Shown: positions 1 to 14,300 of the stretch, piece by piece
How the letters are laid out: every line of letters begins with the position of its first letter
How positions within the stretch are numbered: position 1 is the first letter of the stretch
Assembly (NCBI GenBank): GCA_051362555.1
Contig: CM120640.1
Span: 2,914,001 to 2,978,000, forward strand
Length of the DNA: 64,000 nt
Direction of reading: 5' to 3'
Source: Lingula anatina
Taxonomy: Eukaryota; Animalia; Brachiopoda
Notes under the pieces: model-generated
Database searches by the model: none
Seen by the model: the letters and a program-made list of their open reading frames with translations, nothing else
Told to the model about the DNA's origin: nothing
Made by a program: the position numbers and the translations under genes

Positions 1-392
1 CCAGAATGGAGGTAACTACATGAAATACACTGCATTATTCACACATGCTGACATTTATGTACATATGTCAAAATTATTCTGCTCTTCTTCCCCCCTAAAT
101 GTTTGTTGATACAGTGAACCTCCCATGAAAACTCTGGAATGATAGTTATTTGTCATGAATAAATTCAAAAGTACAATTCAATATGAAGTGATTGATTGAA
201 TACAAATTGTCCCATATAATGTCACCAACATTTCAGGTGCCATGACAGATGCACAGGTATAAGGAAATTAAGACCTATCAAAGAAAAACAACAAGTTGAA
301 TGTGTCATCCAGCAGAGCACATTACTGTATTACATTACTATGATAAGTCAAAGTTTTAAGTATGTTTACATGTGTTGTGAATCGTACCATAC

Positions 393-1545
393 CTTTTTTG
401 TTTCATAAAGTGACATCACAATGGATACCACAGAGATGAGGATAATACATCCAGAGTAGAAATAGTAATCATCACACATCCATAGTATTACACTGAACAG
501 CTGAAAGATGTAGAAGGGATTCAGCACCTAGAAAAACATTGGAAACGGTGTCTATAAATGAACACATCTATGGTCAAATTGTATAACATACAAACTATGC
601 AACAAAGTTGTCAAATGGACAGAAAAAAATCATCCATACCCACAGTATCCCACTTAACAGGTGAAAGATATAAAACTGATTCAGCACTTGAAATTATCCA
701 CACAAAGACAACCAAAACTATAACTCAGATTTTATCAGTTATTTGAATAAATTGTCATTTGAATTAAAAGGAACATCATATTGAAATTAAACAGGTGGGG
801 GACAGGCACAACATTCATGATTATCTGAAGTGCAAAATAAAATGAACCATTTATTTCACAGCAGTGTTTTGATTTAATTTCTCATCATATCCTGTTAGGT
901 CTGAACACTACTGACAAGTAGATATGTGTCAGTATTTCAGTATGATTACATGTTCTTACCTCTTCAAAGAGCAAAACAATGTATGACTTCACTTCCACAT
1001 CTATCTCATTTGGGCCATATAAATCCAATCTAAAAGTAAAAAGACAAATAAAAATAGAACCCCTGAGGACAAAACTATCCTCATGTTGTTGTTGTTGTGG
1101 TTTCATCACAAGGTTATGTAAAAATATCTTTAGTTTTAATCACCTTTGGATAAACTGTGTCAAAGACAAACCCCCAATACTAAAGACCCTGAGGATACAT
1201 TATAAAACTAAATTGTTGCAAACCTCAACAATGGCATGCAGTAACACAACATACTTGTGAACAGCACAACTCTGAAACTCAGGGTGCTATGACAGTGATG
1301 TGGTGAATAAGGCATCTATATCACTATGCTGGTAGTACTGAAATCAAGGCTTACTTCTTCCATTGCTCTGTCACACCCAGACCTTTAAAATCTTCATGAA
1401 AAGATGAACATTTTGTGCCCACATCCAATCCACTGCAAAGGATGAATAAAGAATGTTATTTCATACATTAACTATCATCTACCTGTATTTCATCAAATGT
1501 AGAGAAATGCATCATGTAAAATGAAAGAAAACATTAGCTTTGCAG

Positions 1546-1639
<94 letters not shown>

Positions 1640-4600
1640 GCCAACTGAATTTAAGGACTGACAGTATTTGCTATATAAAAAAACACCTACAAGTGAGTAC
1701 ACCTCACATAACTAAAATGTTTATTTCTTACACAAGGATTCTATGTACCATAGTGTCTCAAATTTGCCATTGCTTTGGTTCCATATGTATCTCACGTGTT
1801 GATGAACAAAATAACGGAGGGCTGAACCCTGTAAGGAGAAATTGACTTCATTTGAAATTTTAGTGATTGAGATTTTTAAAACAAGCTATATTGTATAGAA
1901 TGATCATTTCAATGAAAAATATTACTCATAGTTGATTTTTAGAAATTTGACGTTTACTGTGAATTGTAAAAAAAAGCTAATAATAAACATTTATTATGTT
2001 AATGTTCCACAACAACATAACAACTTTTACCTGTTTCATTGACAAAATACTTGTCCTTTCATCACATGAAGAAAGTTCTTGGTTCACAGCAAAAGACCTG
2101 CAGCAGTGAATGGAAGACAGCAAAAAATAACTTACAGAGACCATAAAAATAATCTTTTAGCAGATGGATGCAGCACAGGCATATGTAAATAAAAGGGTTT
2201 ATAGATCATAAATATGTTCTAGAGTTATGTGTATATGTGTAAAAAAACTACTTAAGCTAACATTGCACATAATTTTCTACACATATGGGATATATGAGAC
2301 ATGAGTGAAAATGCAATCAAGATGTAGAAAATGCAATCATGATGTAGAAAATCTTACTGATAGCCTTCTCTTGAAGTCATCAACAAAACATCAGCAGTGA
2401 ACAGTTGTGATGACTGGTCCTGAAGAGAGGAATCAACTTAGGGTACTTTTTCAGTGAAACCACTGCTCTACGTAGATCTATTCAGCTTTGCATGGACTCA
2501 CGCTGAGAGCAATCAGATTAACATGCATCTTTCTGTCATTAAGTAGAATAAAGAAAAGCTGATTATATGAATATGTTGGCAAGAAATGGCACATTAATCT
2601 GTTAATCTGATTGCATTCAGCAAGAGTCCAGATGGGGTTAAATGTTAGACTGATAGTTGCATTGTGAACATTCTTTGGAACACATTTCACTAGTTGCCAA
2701 GTTTATGGACAAGTTTATATCCATTTACCATTAATAATAATAACAATAATAATTTTAGCTTTCAACAATTTCAGCTTGTAATAGCATTGCTACAATGCTA
2801 ATGTAATGTTAACAGTGCTGGCTGTTTACACTACTTGTAATACTACCATTTGTTAACATAGTATAGGAAAGGGATATATATATATATATGTATATAATTT
2901 AATATGATAGATACTTGTCTGTCAGTGTATATAAATTGAGGAGTGTGATGTGCGCTTTCTGTAATTCTGTATATTGAGATAGTGCTCTAAGAGATTTATC
3001 ATTCTGTGGGTTAAGGAGGATAATATAGAATATACAGTAATAAACAATGACAATGTATTGCTTACACTGTTTATTGAAATAAACTTTTTTTGGTTTCATT
3101 ATTTTTATGTTGATCAAATACTAATTCTGCTGATCAGAAGTCATATGACCTTACTATCAAGGTATTTTGTCACTTGAAAAAATATAACATTGTATAAAAT
3201 GTATATTGAAGATTCAAAAGGAATATCATGAATGCAGAGGATTGTCAGTTTTTGTCAAGTGACTGTGACAGTCATCAAATGTCATCATTACATTTTCATA
3301 TACCTTGAGCAAAACCTCATCTGCACTGGCCAGAGAACACGGGGTCTTTGTGAACCTAATCTTCCAGTCTGGCTTCCAATATAGAACCAGCCAGAAACCC
3401 CCAAGTGTGAGGACACACAAGACATAGTACAGGGAAACACAACACACTGTCTTTCTGTAGCCATGGCAATCCTGTGCAAAAATGAATTATTTAAAGCATT
3501 CTGAAAACATCAGGGCTATTATTTAAGGTAACATACTCTATAAGCCCAAATCAGGCTAAAGTGACTTTTGTTATGTAAAACTGGTTGTTACTATGTTAAT
3601 AGTCTTCATAGAAATAATATGTTTTCAGAAAAACATATGAAGACATAAAAACACTGATGTTGATGATGATATCATAACAGTGTTTTAAAGATATAACTGC
3701 AACTTTTAGTTTCTTGTACTGTAGGATGCTATTATTTTTTTTACCACTTTAAACAATAGGATAATTGTACTTGTATTTTGCATACAAGCGTGCCTGTATT
3801 TTCATGCGCTTTGGTGCATTCAACCTATTGTTAGATTCAACTGTGGCATAAGTAAGTTACAACTACTTCTCGTCTGTATGCAACATACAAGGGCAAATTA
3901 TATCTCGGCTGCGCCTTGGTATAATTACGCTTTTGTATATCCCATACAGTGGCCAACTCATGTTGTAACTAGTACTTATTCATTTAGTTTAGATCTTGTC
4001 ACTATTAACTTTAAATTACACCAATTTCCAACTGATTTCCTAACTTACAGTCATGTAATAGAATACTCACCAACTGGTCATCTGTCCCTGGGTTTAGGAC
4101 TTGAGTCACATCTGGCTCCTCCTCACCAATCTTTCGGTACATGTGATCTGGAAGAAAAATGCATCCATTCATATGCCAGTATCCTGCGCTATTTAATATT
4201 GTTACATGATTATAAATTTTTTTACAGAATGAGACAGTTTTCCTGGTACTGGAAATTATTGCTCTCAACTGGAGTTTCCTGCCACGTCTTATATAAAAGA
4301 TGAATAATGGTAGTATCAATCTTGTTACTGTCTACAGACCCTCCGTAAAATCCACACTTAACAATTAAAATATAGGAAATAGATGGAGAAAAAAGTCCTG
4401 TCATATCTAACATAAAATGATACCAAAAAGAATCAAAATGTTACCTTTTGACTGCCCAAATCCCTTCCATGATCTCATCTTTCACTTCTGTATGCCTCCA
4501 AACTGGAGCCTGCGGTTTCTCGACTACCATGAAATAGGGGCAAAATCCCATATATATTTCAGTGCAACAACTTCAAGTGACATCAGTAGGTACTATCAAT

Positions 4601-5350
4601 ATGAACCCTGTATTCATCACTTGACGGTACAAACGTTTACAAACTAATATAATGGGGCATGAAATTTCACCTCTCAGAGCCAGTTTTGTTTTAAAGAAAT
4701 TAAAACTGCAATTTTTCTGACAGTTAATTTCACAACACGCCTCCATGTATGTACGATATCATATGCTCCTAAAATAAAACAAATGAGTAAATTATTGAGA
4801 CATTAACGTTTTAAATAATTATTGGATGCTTCACTCCATGATAAAGACACACTTCAATCTTTCCTTTTCTATTTGGGAATTATCTTGATAACAATATGCT
4901 GTGTTTACCTTTTGATGTTATTCCGAGTTATTCCTTTCTTTACAACTCTAGCCACAAACTTGAATGTCACCAAAATATAAATATACACAAATATATAAAC
5001 TTTACACTGGAACTAGTCTGTACGCATGCATATATGTTGGTTTGATGCGACTAAGATAATTATTGTTAAATTGCTTGAAATTGCACTTGATCTTCAGGGT
5101 AGAATTTTTGTATCGCCTGAGATAGTCATCTAGACAATGACTGAAAGAAAGTAAGAGACATATATCTGATCTGAGAAAGGTGACCTCAAAAGTATGTAAA
5201 AATGTCCTCAAAAGTATATTAAAAATGCTCAAGTGGTTAGATATTGGCCACTGTAATCATTCACAAAATGAATTGAACAATACCCAGGCTCCCAACCACA
5301 GGTAGATAAATACACCTACTTCCCCCCCCCCCCCCCACACACACACACAT

Positions 5351-5382
<32 letters not shown>

Positions 5383-5612
5383 GACTGCTGGGGTCTTAAT
5401 TGGAAGAAAACTGTCTGTTTATATTTTTACAGAACCACACATGCTGGTTAACCTAACTGAATGATAAAAATTAGGTCAGAAAGAAACTGTTACATAAGAG
5501 GTCAGTTGCCTCCTTCCCCTCTCCTGACTTGCCCCTTCTGTAGGTCTTCTGGTCACTCTGATATGTACTTACCACAGGTCAGCAAAGCAAGGCCTTTCAC
5601 TGAGACAACCAT
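393..5612 (-). CDS. ATP13A3: P5B-type ATPase (ATP13A2/3 family), tandem paralogue 2; 5' portion only, continues beyond the left edge
   Basis: Phase-consistent GT/AG exons: 5573-5612 (tentative start, [13 protein letters not shown]), 4071-4147 (..LNPGTDDQL), 3304-3471 (CHGYRK..LYWKPDW..ADEVLLK), 2358-2419, 2031-2097, 1749-1828 ([13 protein letters not shown]), 1355-1432, 960-1029 ([17 protein letters not shown]), 393-527 ([27 protein letters not shown]). They match paralogue 1 exon for exon, with identical sizes of 168, 80, 78, 70 and 135 nt. Orthology to ATP13A3 specifically is not established. Confidence 0.9.
1547..1636. repeat. (TA)n microsatellite
   Basis: Pure TA dinucleotide run of about 90 nt in an intron. 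Confidence 0.97.
2470..2640. mobile_element. Hairpin MITE-like family A, copy 1 (other copies about 9630-9815, 15424-15600, 16378-16560; fragment about 8648-8683)
   Basis: Imperfect inverted arms ggactc..ctgagagcaatcagattaac / gttaatctgattgcattcagcaagagtcc, shared by four intronic copies. Confidence 0.75.
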
Positions 5613-5827
5613 CCAGCAGTCATTGGTTTCTGCCCTTGGGATCAGAGACAGCTACAGTGTACGTCAATTTGCAGGATAACCAAATATGACAAGGGGCTCA
5701 TCTGCTTCACAATAGCTACAGCCAGGTGTTGAATTCTCAGAAAATCCCACTCAAATAAGGGCTAAAATATTCAAATGTCACCCCTTCCCTGTACCAGTCT
5801 TACCCACAGTGAAAACAAGTGAGTGCT

Positions 5828-5835
5828 TGACGTCA
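5828..5835. promoter_or_regulatory. CRE palindrome TGACGTCA upstream of the putative first exon of ATPase paralogue 2
   Basis: Exact TGACGTCA about 220 nt upstream of the tentative ATG at 5612. Motif match only. Confidence 0.25.
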
Positions 5836-5978
5836 GGCCTCCAGGAGACATCAACATTGCACACCTGAGTGACCCTACCGGTTCAGGTCCAGTGCCTTCT
5901 TTTCAGCTTGGTGATTGTGAACATTTACAGATGTGTTACAGCATTGTTGAACAAGAGGCATAGACAACCACTGAACAC

Positions 5979-5984
5979 TTTATT
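5979..5984 (-). terminator. Candidate poly(A) signal (AATAAA) of ATPase paralogue 1
   Basis: tttatt on the + strand about 1.9 kb past the stop at 7848 and just before the paralogue 2 promoter region. Another lies at 6128-6133. Confidence 0.35.
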
Positions 5985-6504
5985 ATTTCACTCAGATAGA
6001 GACATGTATTGGTATGGTATTATATTGAATGCTATACATTATCATTAATACATTTTCTGTTCACAGACCTACAGTATGGACTTGTCACGTTTCAACAAAC
6101 AAACACTACTCAGTTATCATTGAAATATTTATTTCTGAACTATTCCTTGTAGGCCACCTTGATTACATTTTATAACCATGTCCTTTATCTCCCACTTTAA
6201 ATACATATGGCACAATTTACCAAGGTCAGATCATTGTAATTTATATTATATACCTTATCATATTTTGCCCAACCCCCAAATTCTGCAACATACAGGCTCA
6301 TTTCAGAATCAGTCCAATGTGTCACATGGTCCCACTCAACCACTAACGCTGTTCACTACATAATTAGTGACCATTAGCAGTTTTGCTAAATACTGATGAA
6401 TAACATCTTGTTCAACCAATAAATACTTTAACAGCAATGACATTTTCACAAAGAGATATCTGTCAAAAATACATTTTAAGAAAAACTTCTAGGAGAAAGA
6501 ATAA

Positions 6505-6558
6505 AACCAGTAGATGCTCAGAGAGGTTATAGCCTCCTCCCGAGTATGTCCCACCAGC
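6505..6558 (+). mobile_element. Terminal fragment related to the Helentron-type element at 50755-53212
   Basis: aaaccagtagatgctcagagaggttatagcctcc..gtcccaccagc resembles the reverse complement of 53163-53213 (aaactagaggatcagagaggcgataccgcctcc..gtaccaccagc). Confidence 0.45.
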
Positions 6559-7271
6559 CAGATATCTTTAATAAAGTAGGCTTACATCACACCAGTGGTA
6601 TTTTCATCTTTTTTCTTTTTGATTCAGAAAGACATGAATTAAAAACTTACATAAACTGCAAATTGTTGGTGCCATTATTGCACATGTCCTGCTGTTGTAA
6701 GGCTAAAAAGATGGAATGTTCCTAAGTTCAAGTCATCCTTGCCTGTAAGTACTGGTTAACTTTTATCAAAGGCATACACTGTAATCATACTATTAACTTC
6801 CTCCCATAGTAAAAACAATGTACCTATGTTTAATACATACAAGCTGGATGAGTCCTGTTTACCCCACACCATAAAACCCTAATTATTAAACAGAGCAAAC
6901 AATTTTTCTCAAAATTAGAGGTATGTGGGGACATTACAATTACATGTATGTGCTATTTCTCTACCTATTGTTTTACATGTAACTTACACAGACTGATGTC
7001 TTCTTTGCCAGCAATAATATCATCATAATATAAGAATTATTATACATTGAAAATGACACTAGGAAGACCAGTTTGTATTTGACAAATGATATATTATTAC
7101 ATGTCATCTTCCAGAAAATGTTAATGTTCTGAAATGTTTTTATCACAAGAACAAAATGAATTGTCTTAAGTTCTACAACAAGTAAAAAATAAACTTTTTT
7201 AATATCACATATTAAAGCATTCCATAAAACATTAACCCTTTCATATCCATCAGTTCATGAACAGTAATGGT

Positions 7272-7497
7272 TCAATCTTTTCAATGGGGAAAAATAATCA
7301 GTCTTTCAGATGAATCATTAAAAATCGTTTTCTATATAGCATTTGTGGTGCTTTAAACCATATATAATAAAAGCTATGGGGTAGCCTGCTTATTCATTTT
7401 GTTGCCACCTCTCAACAGAAATGTTGTAATTAAAAAAATATTAATTAAAAAAATACAGTATCTGTAAAATACACAATTTCCCCATTGAAAAGATTGA
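7272..7497. mobile_element. MITE with 19-bp TIRs in the 3' UTR region (partial second copy about 28838-28954)
   Basis: TIRs tcaatcttttcaatgggga / tccccattgaaaagattga. The right half recurs at 28.9 kb. Confidence 0.7.
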
Positions 7498-7847
7498 GTT
7501 ATTACAGTAACAATAATACTTCACAGACTGAATAAAATTTGAGAGCACTCACACAAATAATGACTCCCAGTCTAGTACACCATTGTTTAATACTAAAACC
7601 ACCTCTATGAGATTATTTAATAATAACAATAATTAAAACCATTATCACAAACATCACAGTAGCCCTCCCGTCAGCAGAGAAAATTTCACCAAAGGCTATT
7701 ACTAATCTTTTCCCCACCACAATGAATGGATTTTGATTATTTTTTGGGGGAAAATATTTGGTTAAGAAAACATATCCATTGGATATATCCAGCCCAGGAA
7801 GTCCAATATTCATAAAATTTCATAGTATCTAGTAAACTACTCAGTTA

Positions 7848-8929
7848 TTATTGTACTTGCAATGAAACATGGACATCACTGGTTTCCCGCACATTTTGTT
7901 CAGCTTCTCTTGTAACGTCACCAACAGGAGGCCAGTGCGGGTTGTCCGATAGCTCTTTTTCAATAATCTTGTATTTTTTCTTTGGTTTTGAAAGTTTTCC
8001 AAAGCATTTCTTCAAACAACTGGAGGGGATATTCCTGTCTATTATGAAGCTCTGAAGAGAGACATAAATAATGTCATTAGATGATTTATGAGGCATGCAG
8101 GTAGTTTGGTTACCATGGAAATGAGCAGAGTTATATAACAACTCAACGGGAAAACTATTTCGATGTGTTATGACTAGTGATGTTAATAGCATGTTAAGTC
8201 TTAACATTAAAATACACTGGTTTCTTGAGAAAGAAAACTTTAATGATGATTCTCAAATCTGATGCTCAAAGAGGCAACAAACTCTCTCTGACCGATTTGT
8301 TTTATTTGCAATGTTGTTCCTCTCAACTATCTCTGTCAATATAAAACAGAAAAACTCTCACCTCTATACTCTCAGCTATCACAAAGTGCATCACTGCAAG
8401 AAGAACCACTGTTATCTTGAAAACAATATATTCATCAGGAATCAACTTCATCTGAAAATAGATCAGAGTTAAAAAGTTATACCTCAACTTCTCATTATTT
8501 TCTGTTTTCCATTGCTTTTGTTAATTTTTCATCACAAAATGAAACACACCTCCTCCTGGCATTGAGTAGAATAGAGAAATGCCAGTGACAATATAAGTGC
8601 AATGGAAAAAAGAGTAGGCATAATAATCAATATAACTGTTTGCATATAGCAAGAGTCCACGCAGAGTTGGATTGACCTATATAGACCTATATTGACAATA
8701 TATAGTTTCAATGAGAAAGAGCCATAGTCTTCATGTTATACATGTACAGAACATCTTACCATTAGGAATTCTCTGATGACAGTGGGAGGGTAGAGCCACA
8801 ACCATGCAGTCAATGCTGTAAGCAATATCACAGACACCAGAAACAAAACTGAAAAGAGAAATTTACCAAAAACTTCCATTAATTATTCATATAAAATCTG
8901 ATTTTTAGAGGTATTTAAAACTTTTTATT

Positions 8930-8982
<53 letters not shown>

Positions 8983-11327
8983 CTTCATTTAAAGTTGCTG
9001 ACAGGAAAGAAACTTCACTGATATAAACCATAACATACATAATACCCAACCTACAGACACAGACAGCTACACAAAAGATATATTAGATTTACAGTTATAA
9101 ATACAGATATAAAATATTTACAGTGAGGCATATGTACAACAGAAAAAAAGTTGCAGTATGTAGTAGAAAAATAATGAATCAGTCAACTGACCCAACTTAC
9201 CATTTGTCCAAATTCTCTTTCTATATGGAGGACCTTTAGAGAAAATCACAGAGAGGATAAGGTACTGGAAGGATCCCGAAATGAACAATGTGGTCGTTTC
9301 TGGACACACAACATTATGCTCATCATCATTTATTATTGGGTGTAGTTTCTCTGCACTGAAAGTATTAGAATTAGCAAGCTTCAAAAAAATTTTTCATAAA
9401 ACCTCATCTGTACAAAAGTAATGCTAATAATTAACCAAGGAGAGTTTTTAAAATGTGATGATTTGGGTGATGAGGTAATAGCTTATTATCTCCAGAAGCA
9501 CCTTAGGCATGAAAATTCAGTCCAGATCACCTGCTGCTTATAACATACACAAGGGTCACACATCAATGTAACCAATGAGCTAGTGAATGTGGCTACTCTT
9601 GCCTTAGGGCCAAAGAAACTATCATTCTAGGCAGATCTATTCAATGCTATGGGGACTCTAGCTGAATGTAATCAGATTAACATACCTCCTTTTGTTTCCA
9701 ACATACTTATATCATATAATCACCAGTTTTTCTGTGTTCTACCTATTGCAGGAGGCATATCATTCAGTTAAACTGACTGCATTCAGCAAGAGTCCATGCA
9801 GAGTTGGATCTACATAGAATGATGGTTTTACTGAGAATGAGTACTTAGAATGCCTTCTGGTTCTAAAACTGTCTATAAGGTTAAGAAGGAATGTTATCCC
9901 ATTAATAGAGGATGTATACTTACGGATACCAAGACTGGGAAGTTAAATAGAAGAATGCTCCGAGTTGGAAGGTCACCACACCCACAGTCTGTGACAATAT
10001 GGAGAACAGATTGGACACGCTGACCAGACTGCCTTTGGGTGGACGCGGGACCAGTTTATGATAGGCGCTGGTGTGCCCCACTGAAAACAGTATTACAATA
10101 TCTTAATATCAAAATAATGTTTATACATGGCAGGGTTTAGCTAGCTTATATTAGGGATTTTGGCAGGAATCAATACAAATAAATATTTTCTGTACCAATG
10201 ACAATTCTTTTTAATTTTGTTCTTCATCATTTTGTTTCATACTCGTGAAGTTAATATTTCTTCTTTTTGCCTTTTTTTTTATTAATCTCCTTTTTTTCTT
10301 TTTTACATTTTAATTTAAAATGCATTATCACACTGATGACCTGTTCCTCAGCAGACATTATCATTACAGCTATTAATCAATTATGTGGACTGTAAGAGTG
10401 AATAACTCATTTCAATAATAACACAAGGAACAACAAGTTATTTTTCACACCAACCCAAAATACTTTTCTGCAAATTATTCTTAATATTTTGTTCAAATAA
10501 GTTTCCTCAATTTTCTCAGACAAACCAGCTCACTAAAAGTCACTTACTGAGTACTGCCACTGTGGTTGTAATGACTAGGTCAATGTAAAGAAACATCATG
10601 TCAGATAAATTGGTGTCAAGCTGAAAAATACAAATACACGACACATTAATATCTAATTTAATCATAGATTTTCTGCTCTTTGATGAAATATTTGGAATAT
10701 ATAATGAGGACAAAACAGAACATATTTTTAAGCTTGACAAAAGATCACTTTAAATCAAAGTTTAAGAACATTTACTTTTTCTTCTTCTTTTCACATAACC
10801 CCATGCTATTTCATTTATACATTCAATTTCTAATGGTGTAAAATAATGAAATAAATACCAAATTGTAATTATGATGAAAACCAAATGTAGGTCTACATAA
10901 TAAGTGGCTCTGAAGGCTCATGATAAATTTTCTATGATATGACATTGTAGCCAATTGCCCAAAATTCTGTTAAAATTTCCAAGTTTTCTTTTATTTACCG
11001 TGTAAAGTATCATCACAGTCACAAACTGTATCATGCTGTATAGTGCCATGTACTTGAACACTCCAAATGAGGTCACAAGGGCAGCCCGACCTTCTCTGTA
11101 AGTATAAAACATTCATGTGAGGTTTATAGACAATCAGATATTCATTTGATATTTACAAGTTTGTTTCTTGGTGAGAGACTCTTGATCAATGATGATGGCC
11201 AGTTGATGTCATTTTGGTAAATAAGACTAGTTTTACATCAGGGTTATGTTATTGTAAGGGTCTGAAAGCCATAAAGATTGATACTACTGTGATCATGTAT
11301 CATACCACTATCTTTCTGAGACTTATT

Positions 11328-11398
<71 letters not shown>

Positions 11399-14300
11399 AC
11401 ACACACACACACACACATTAAAAACCTCTCAAAAAGACCTCAACATTCAATGTTTGGTGTCTTAGAGGTGAAGGGAGAGACTCACCTTATCACAGTGGGC
11501 ACACATTCAATGTTTGGTGTCTTACAGGTGAAGGGAGAGACTCACCTTATCACAGTGGGCACACACTCAATGTTTGGTGTCTTAGAGGTGAAGGGAGAGA
11601 CTCACCTTATCACAGTGGGCACGCGCTCAATGTTTGGTGTCTTACAGGTGAAGGGAGAGACTCACCTTATCACAGTGGGCACACACTCAATGTTTGGTGT
11701 CTTAGAAGTGAAGGGAGAGACTCACCTTATCACAGTGGGCACACACTCAATGTTTGGTGTCTTAGAGGTGAAGGGAGAGACTCACCTTATCACAGTGGGC
11801 ACACACTCAATGTTTGGTGTCTTAGAGGTGAAGGGAGAGACTTACCTTATCACAGTGGGCACACACTCAATGTTTGGTGTCTTAGAGGTGAAGGGAGAGG
11901 CCACAGAAGCCTCTGCTTCTGACAGGGAGATGCCAGCATGGGCAGTTTTTAAAGCCTTGAAAAAAGACGTGTGTGCAATCACTAGATATTTTAATACTGT
12001 TATTTAAAAATAATATTCCAAATTAGATCATCTAATCAGAAATAATCAGAAATAATGATGAATATTCAAATAATTTTTGCACTGATCAGAATGTTTCAAA
12101 ATTGTTGAAATGTTTTTTCTTTGTCTGACAAGAATAATTTCAACTCTTCTTGGTCCCAAACTTTTATGTTCAAGATCTAAATTTACTAGAATGACAGTAA
12201 GGTCACTTTATACTTAAATTATCAATGAGTAAACTTTGAGATTCTTTCTAAATTGTAAGCATGTTTTTCACAGAGGAGGATGCATATTTTTCACAGAGGA
12301 TAAAGAAACTTTCTATAATAATACTTACTCCACAGTCATTGGCACCGTCTCCACACATTCCAACAACATATCTTAAAACAAAATTAATTTTTTTATAATA
12401 ATCATTTACAACTTGCCATGAAGTCATTTTGTCAAAACAGCAAAAGCTTCTTAATATGTTTTAATGACCAGATGTCTTCGTTTGTTTTTTATGTAGATGA
12501 ATTCACCAGCAGAGCTTTCTGTTCACAATTACTTATTTAAGATTTTCAATAAATAATAGGCTTCTTAGACGTAGATTTATGTAGTAGGTAGGGTTTTAAG
12601 GAAACGCACCCTAGGTCTTGGAGTTGTTCTATCAGTTGACCCTTTTGGTCAGGAGACATTCTGGCAAATATTGTACCTTTCACACAGATCTAGAACAAAA
12701 GCAGTGCATTTCAGTTAAAACTTATAGCAATATGCAAGACTCACTTACATTCAACCTCATTCTTGAAATGTCACAGTCAAATGTAGCACAATTACAATTG
12801 CCAACACATTCATCAGATCATAAATTCCTCTTATTGATGAAATGTAAATCAATATTTTGTGTTATTGCAAATTAAAGAAATAAAAATAGAAAAAAATGTT
12901 TTGCATACAAACCTTTGGCAAGAGTTCAGGAAAATATTGCCTTACTACCCCAAAAGAGCGTCCGTCAAGAGCAAAGTGGTATGCATCAGCTCTTACAATG
13001 TTCAAGGCGTGATAAGACTGAAACAAAAAATAGTGCAATGCATACATTCTCTGTTTAGAATAATATCTCAGTATAAAAACTCTGGTCAAATTTTTAAAAC
13101 ACTGAACAATCGAGTTCAACAGATACATGTTTCTCCATCTAACAAACAAGCTTGTTGCTATATAGGATGAAACATTTCCAAGCAGTTTTGACCTGTAATG
13201 ATCACTCACTGCATCACTCTCCTCGGCTGTGGATACCGTAAGTTCATTGTCCAGGTTGACCTCGGCATATTCCCAGTGGATGACTGCCTCACTGTTCTTG
13301 CTGGGAGGATTGGCTTTCACCATAATTACCTTCTCTTCCTCATCCACCATTGCACAATCCCTGGCAACACTTATGGCTGTGTGCATGTTGTCACCTGGAA
13401 AATGGAGACATGGCAAAGATATATATCACTGATGACAAAAACCTGTATACTGATTTGTATTTAACCCATGTAATTAGTAAAATAACATCAATGAAAGGAG
13501 TACCAATTTTATTTCTTGTTTGTTCTTCTCTACATTTACTAATTTTTATAAGGTGGTTCTTTGAAAGAAAACTGCAGAAAACCTTGTTTGAAATCGAATA
13601 ATGATAATCAGTATCATTGTGTTTTTCACTATTGTGCTAGTAACTATTTTTCTTCACATCCAAATGTTTCAGTCTCTTGTAAAAAGTGTTACACATTCCA
13701 GCTTTTAAGTCACAAAATTAATATAAATGAACAAAGATAAAACAAATTCAAACCTGTGGCCATCACAACCCTTATGTTAGCTGCCTTCAGTTGTCTTATT
13801 ACAGGAGTAGTCTCTGGTTTTAAACTGTTCTGCATAATTATCAGACCTAGGAATGTCAGCTCACACTCTATATTTTCCCTGAAAAATAATATGCATGCAA
13901 TCACAATAGTAAAAGTCCCTGCCAAAAATATGAAAAAATTAAATTTCACATGTATTTACAAAAGATATTATCAAAGTAAAAATTTTCTCAAATTTCCAAC
14001 TGAATCTCAAACACCTTAAAATGTACACAGAACCCCACTAGGATTTGTTCCAGGATATCTTGAAAAATACTGCACCCTTTACCAGTAGTGCTTTGAGAAG
14101 TTCTAACATAAGTTTTCCCCCTTTCACAAGTTCTCAACAAGTTTGCCCCCTGCTGTTGAGTTTAAACGAGATTTCAATTAATTTAAGCTGCAGAGGTGCT
14201 GTAAAGATGACCCTCTACCAAGGCTATTAAGTAGCATTCCCTCTAGACAGACAGACTGTATCGCTAAAGTTGGCCCATAGCCAACCATTTCAAAGGAGTG

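Noticed and set aside
1493-1845. YIYIYI ORFs
   Set aside because: Translation of the (TA)n microsatellite.
11450-12007. 185-aa repetitive ORF on the + strand, with a superficially CRISPR-like periodicity
   Set aside because: It is the antisense reading of the 60-bp exon-end array. The units are contiguous with no unique spacers, and the context is eukaryotic with no cas genes.
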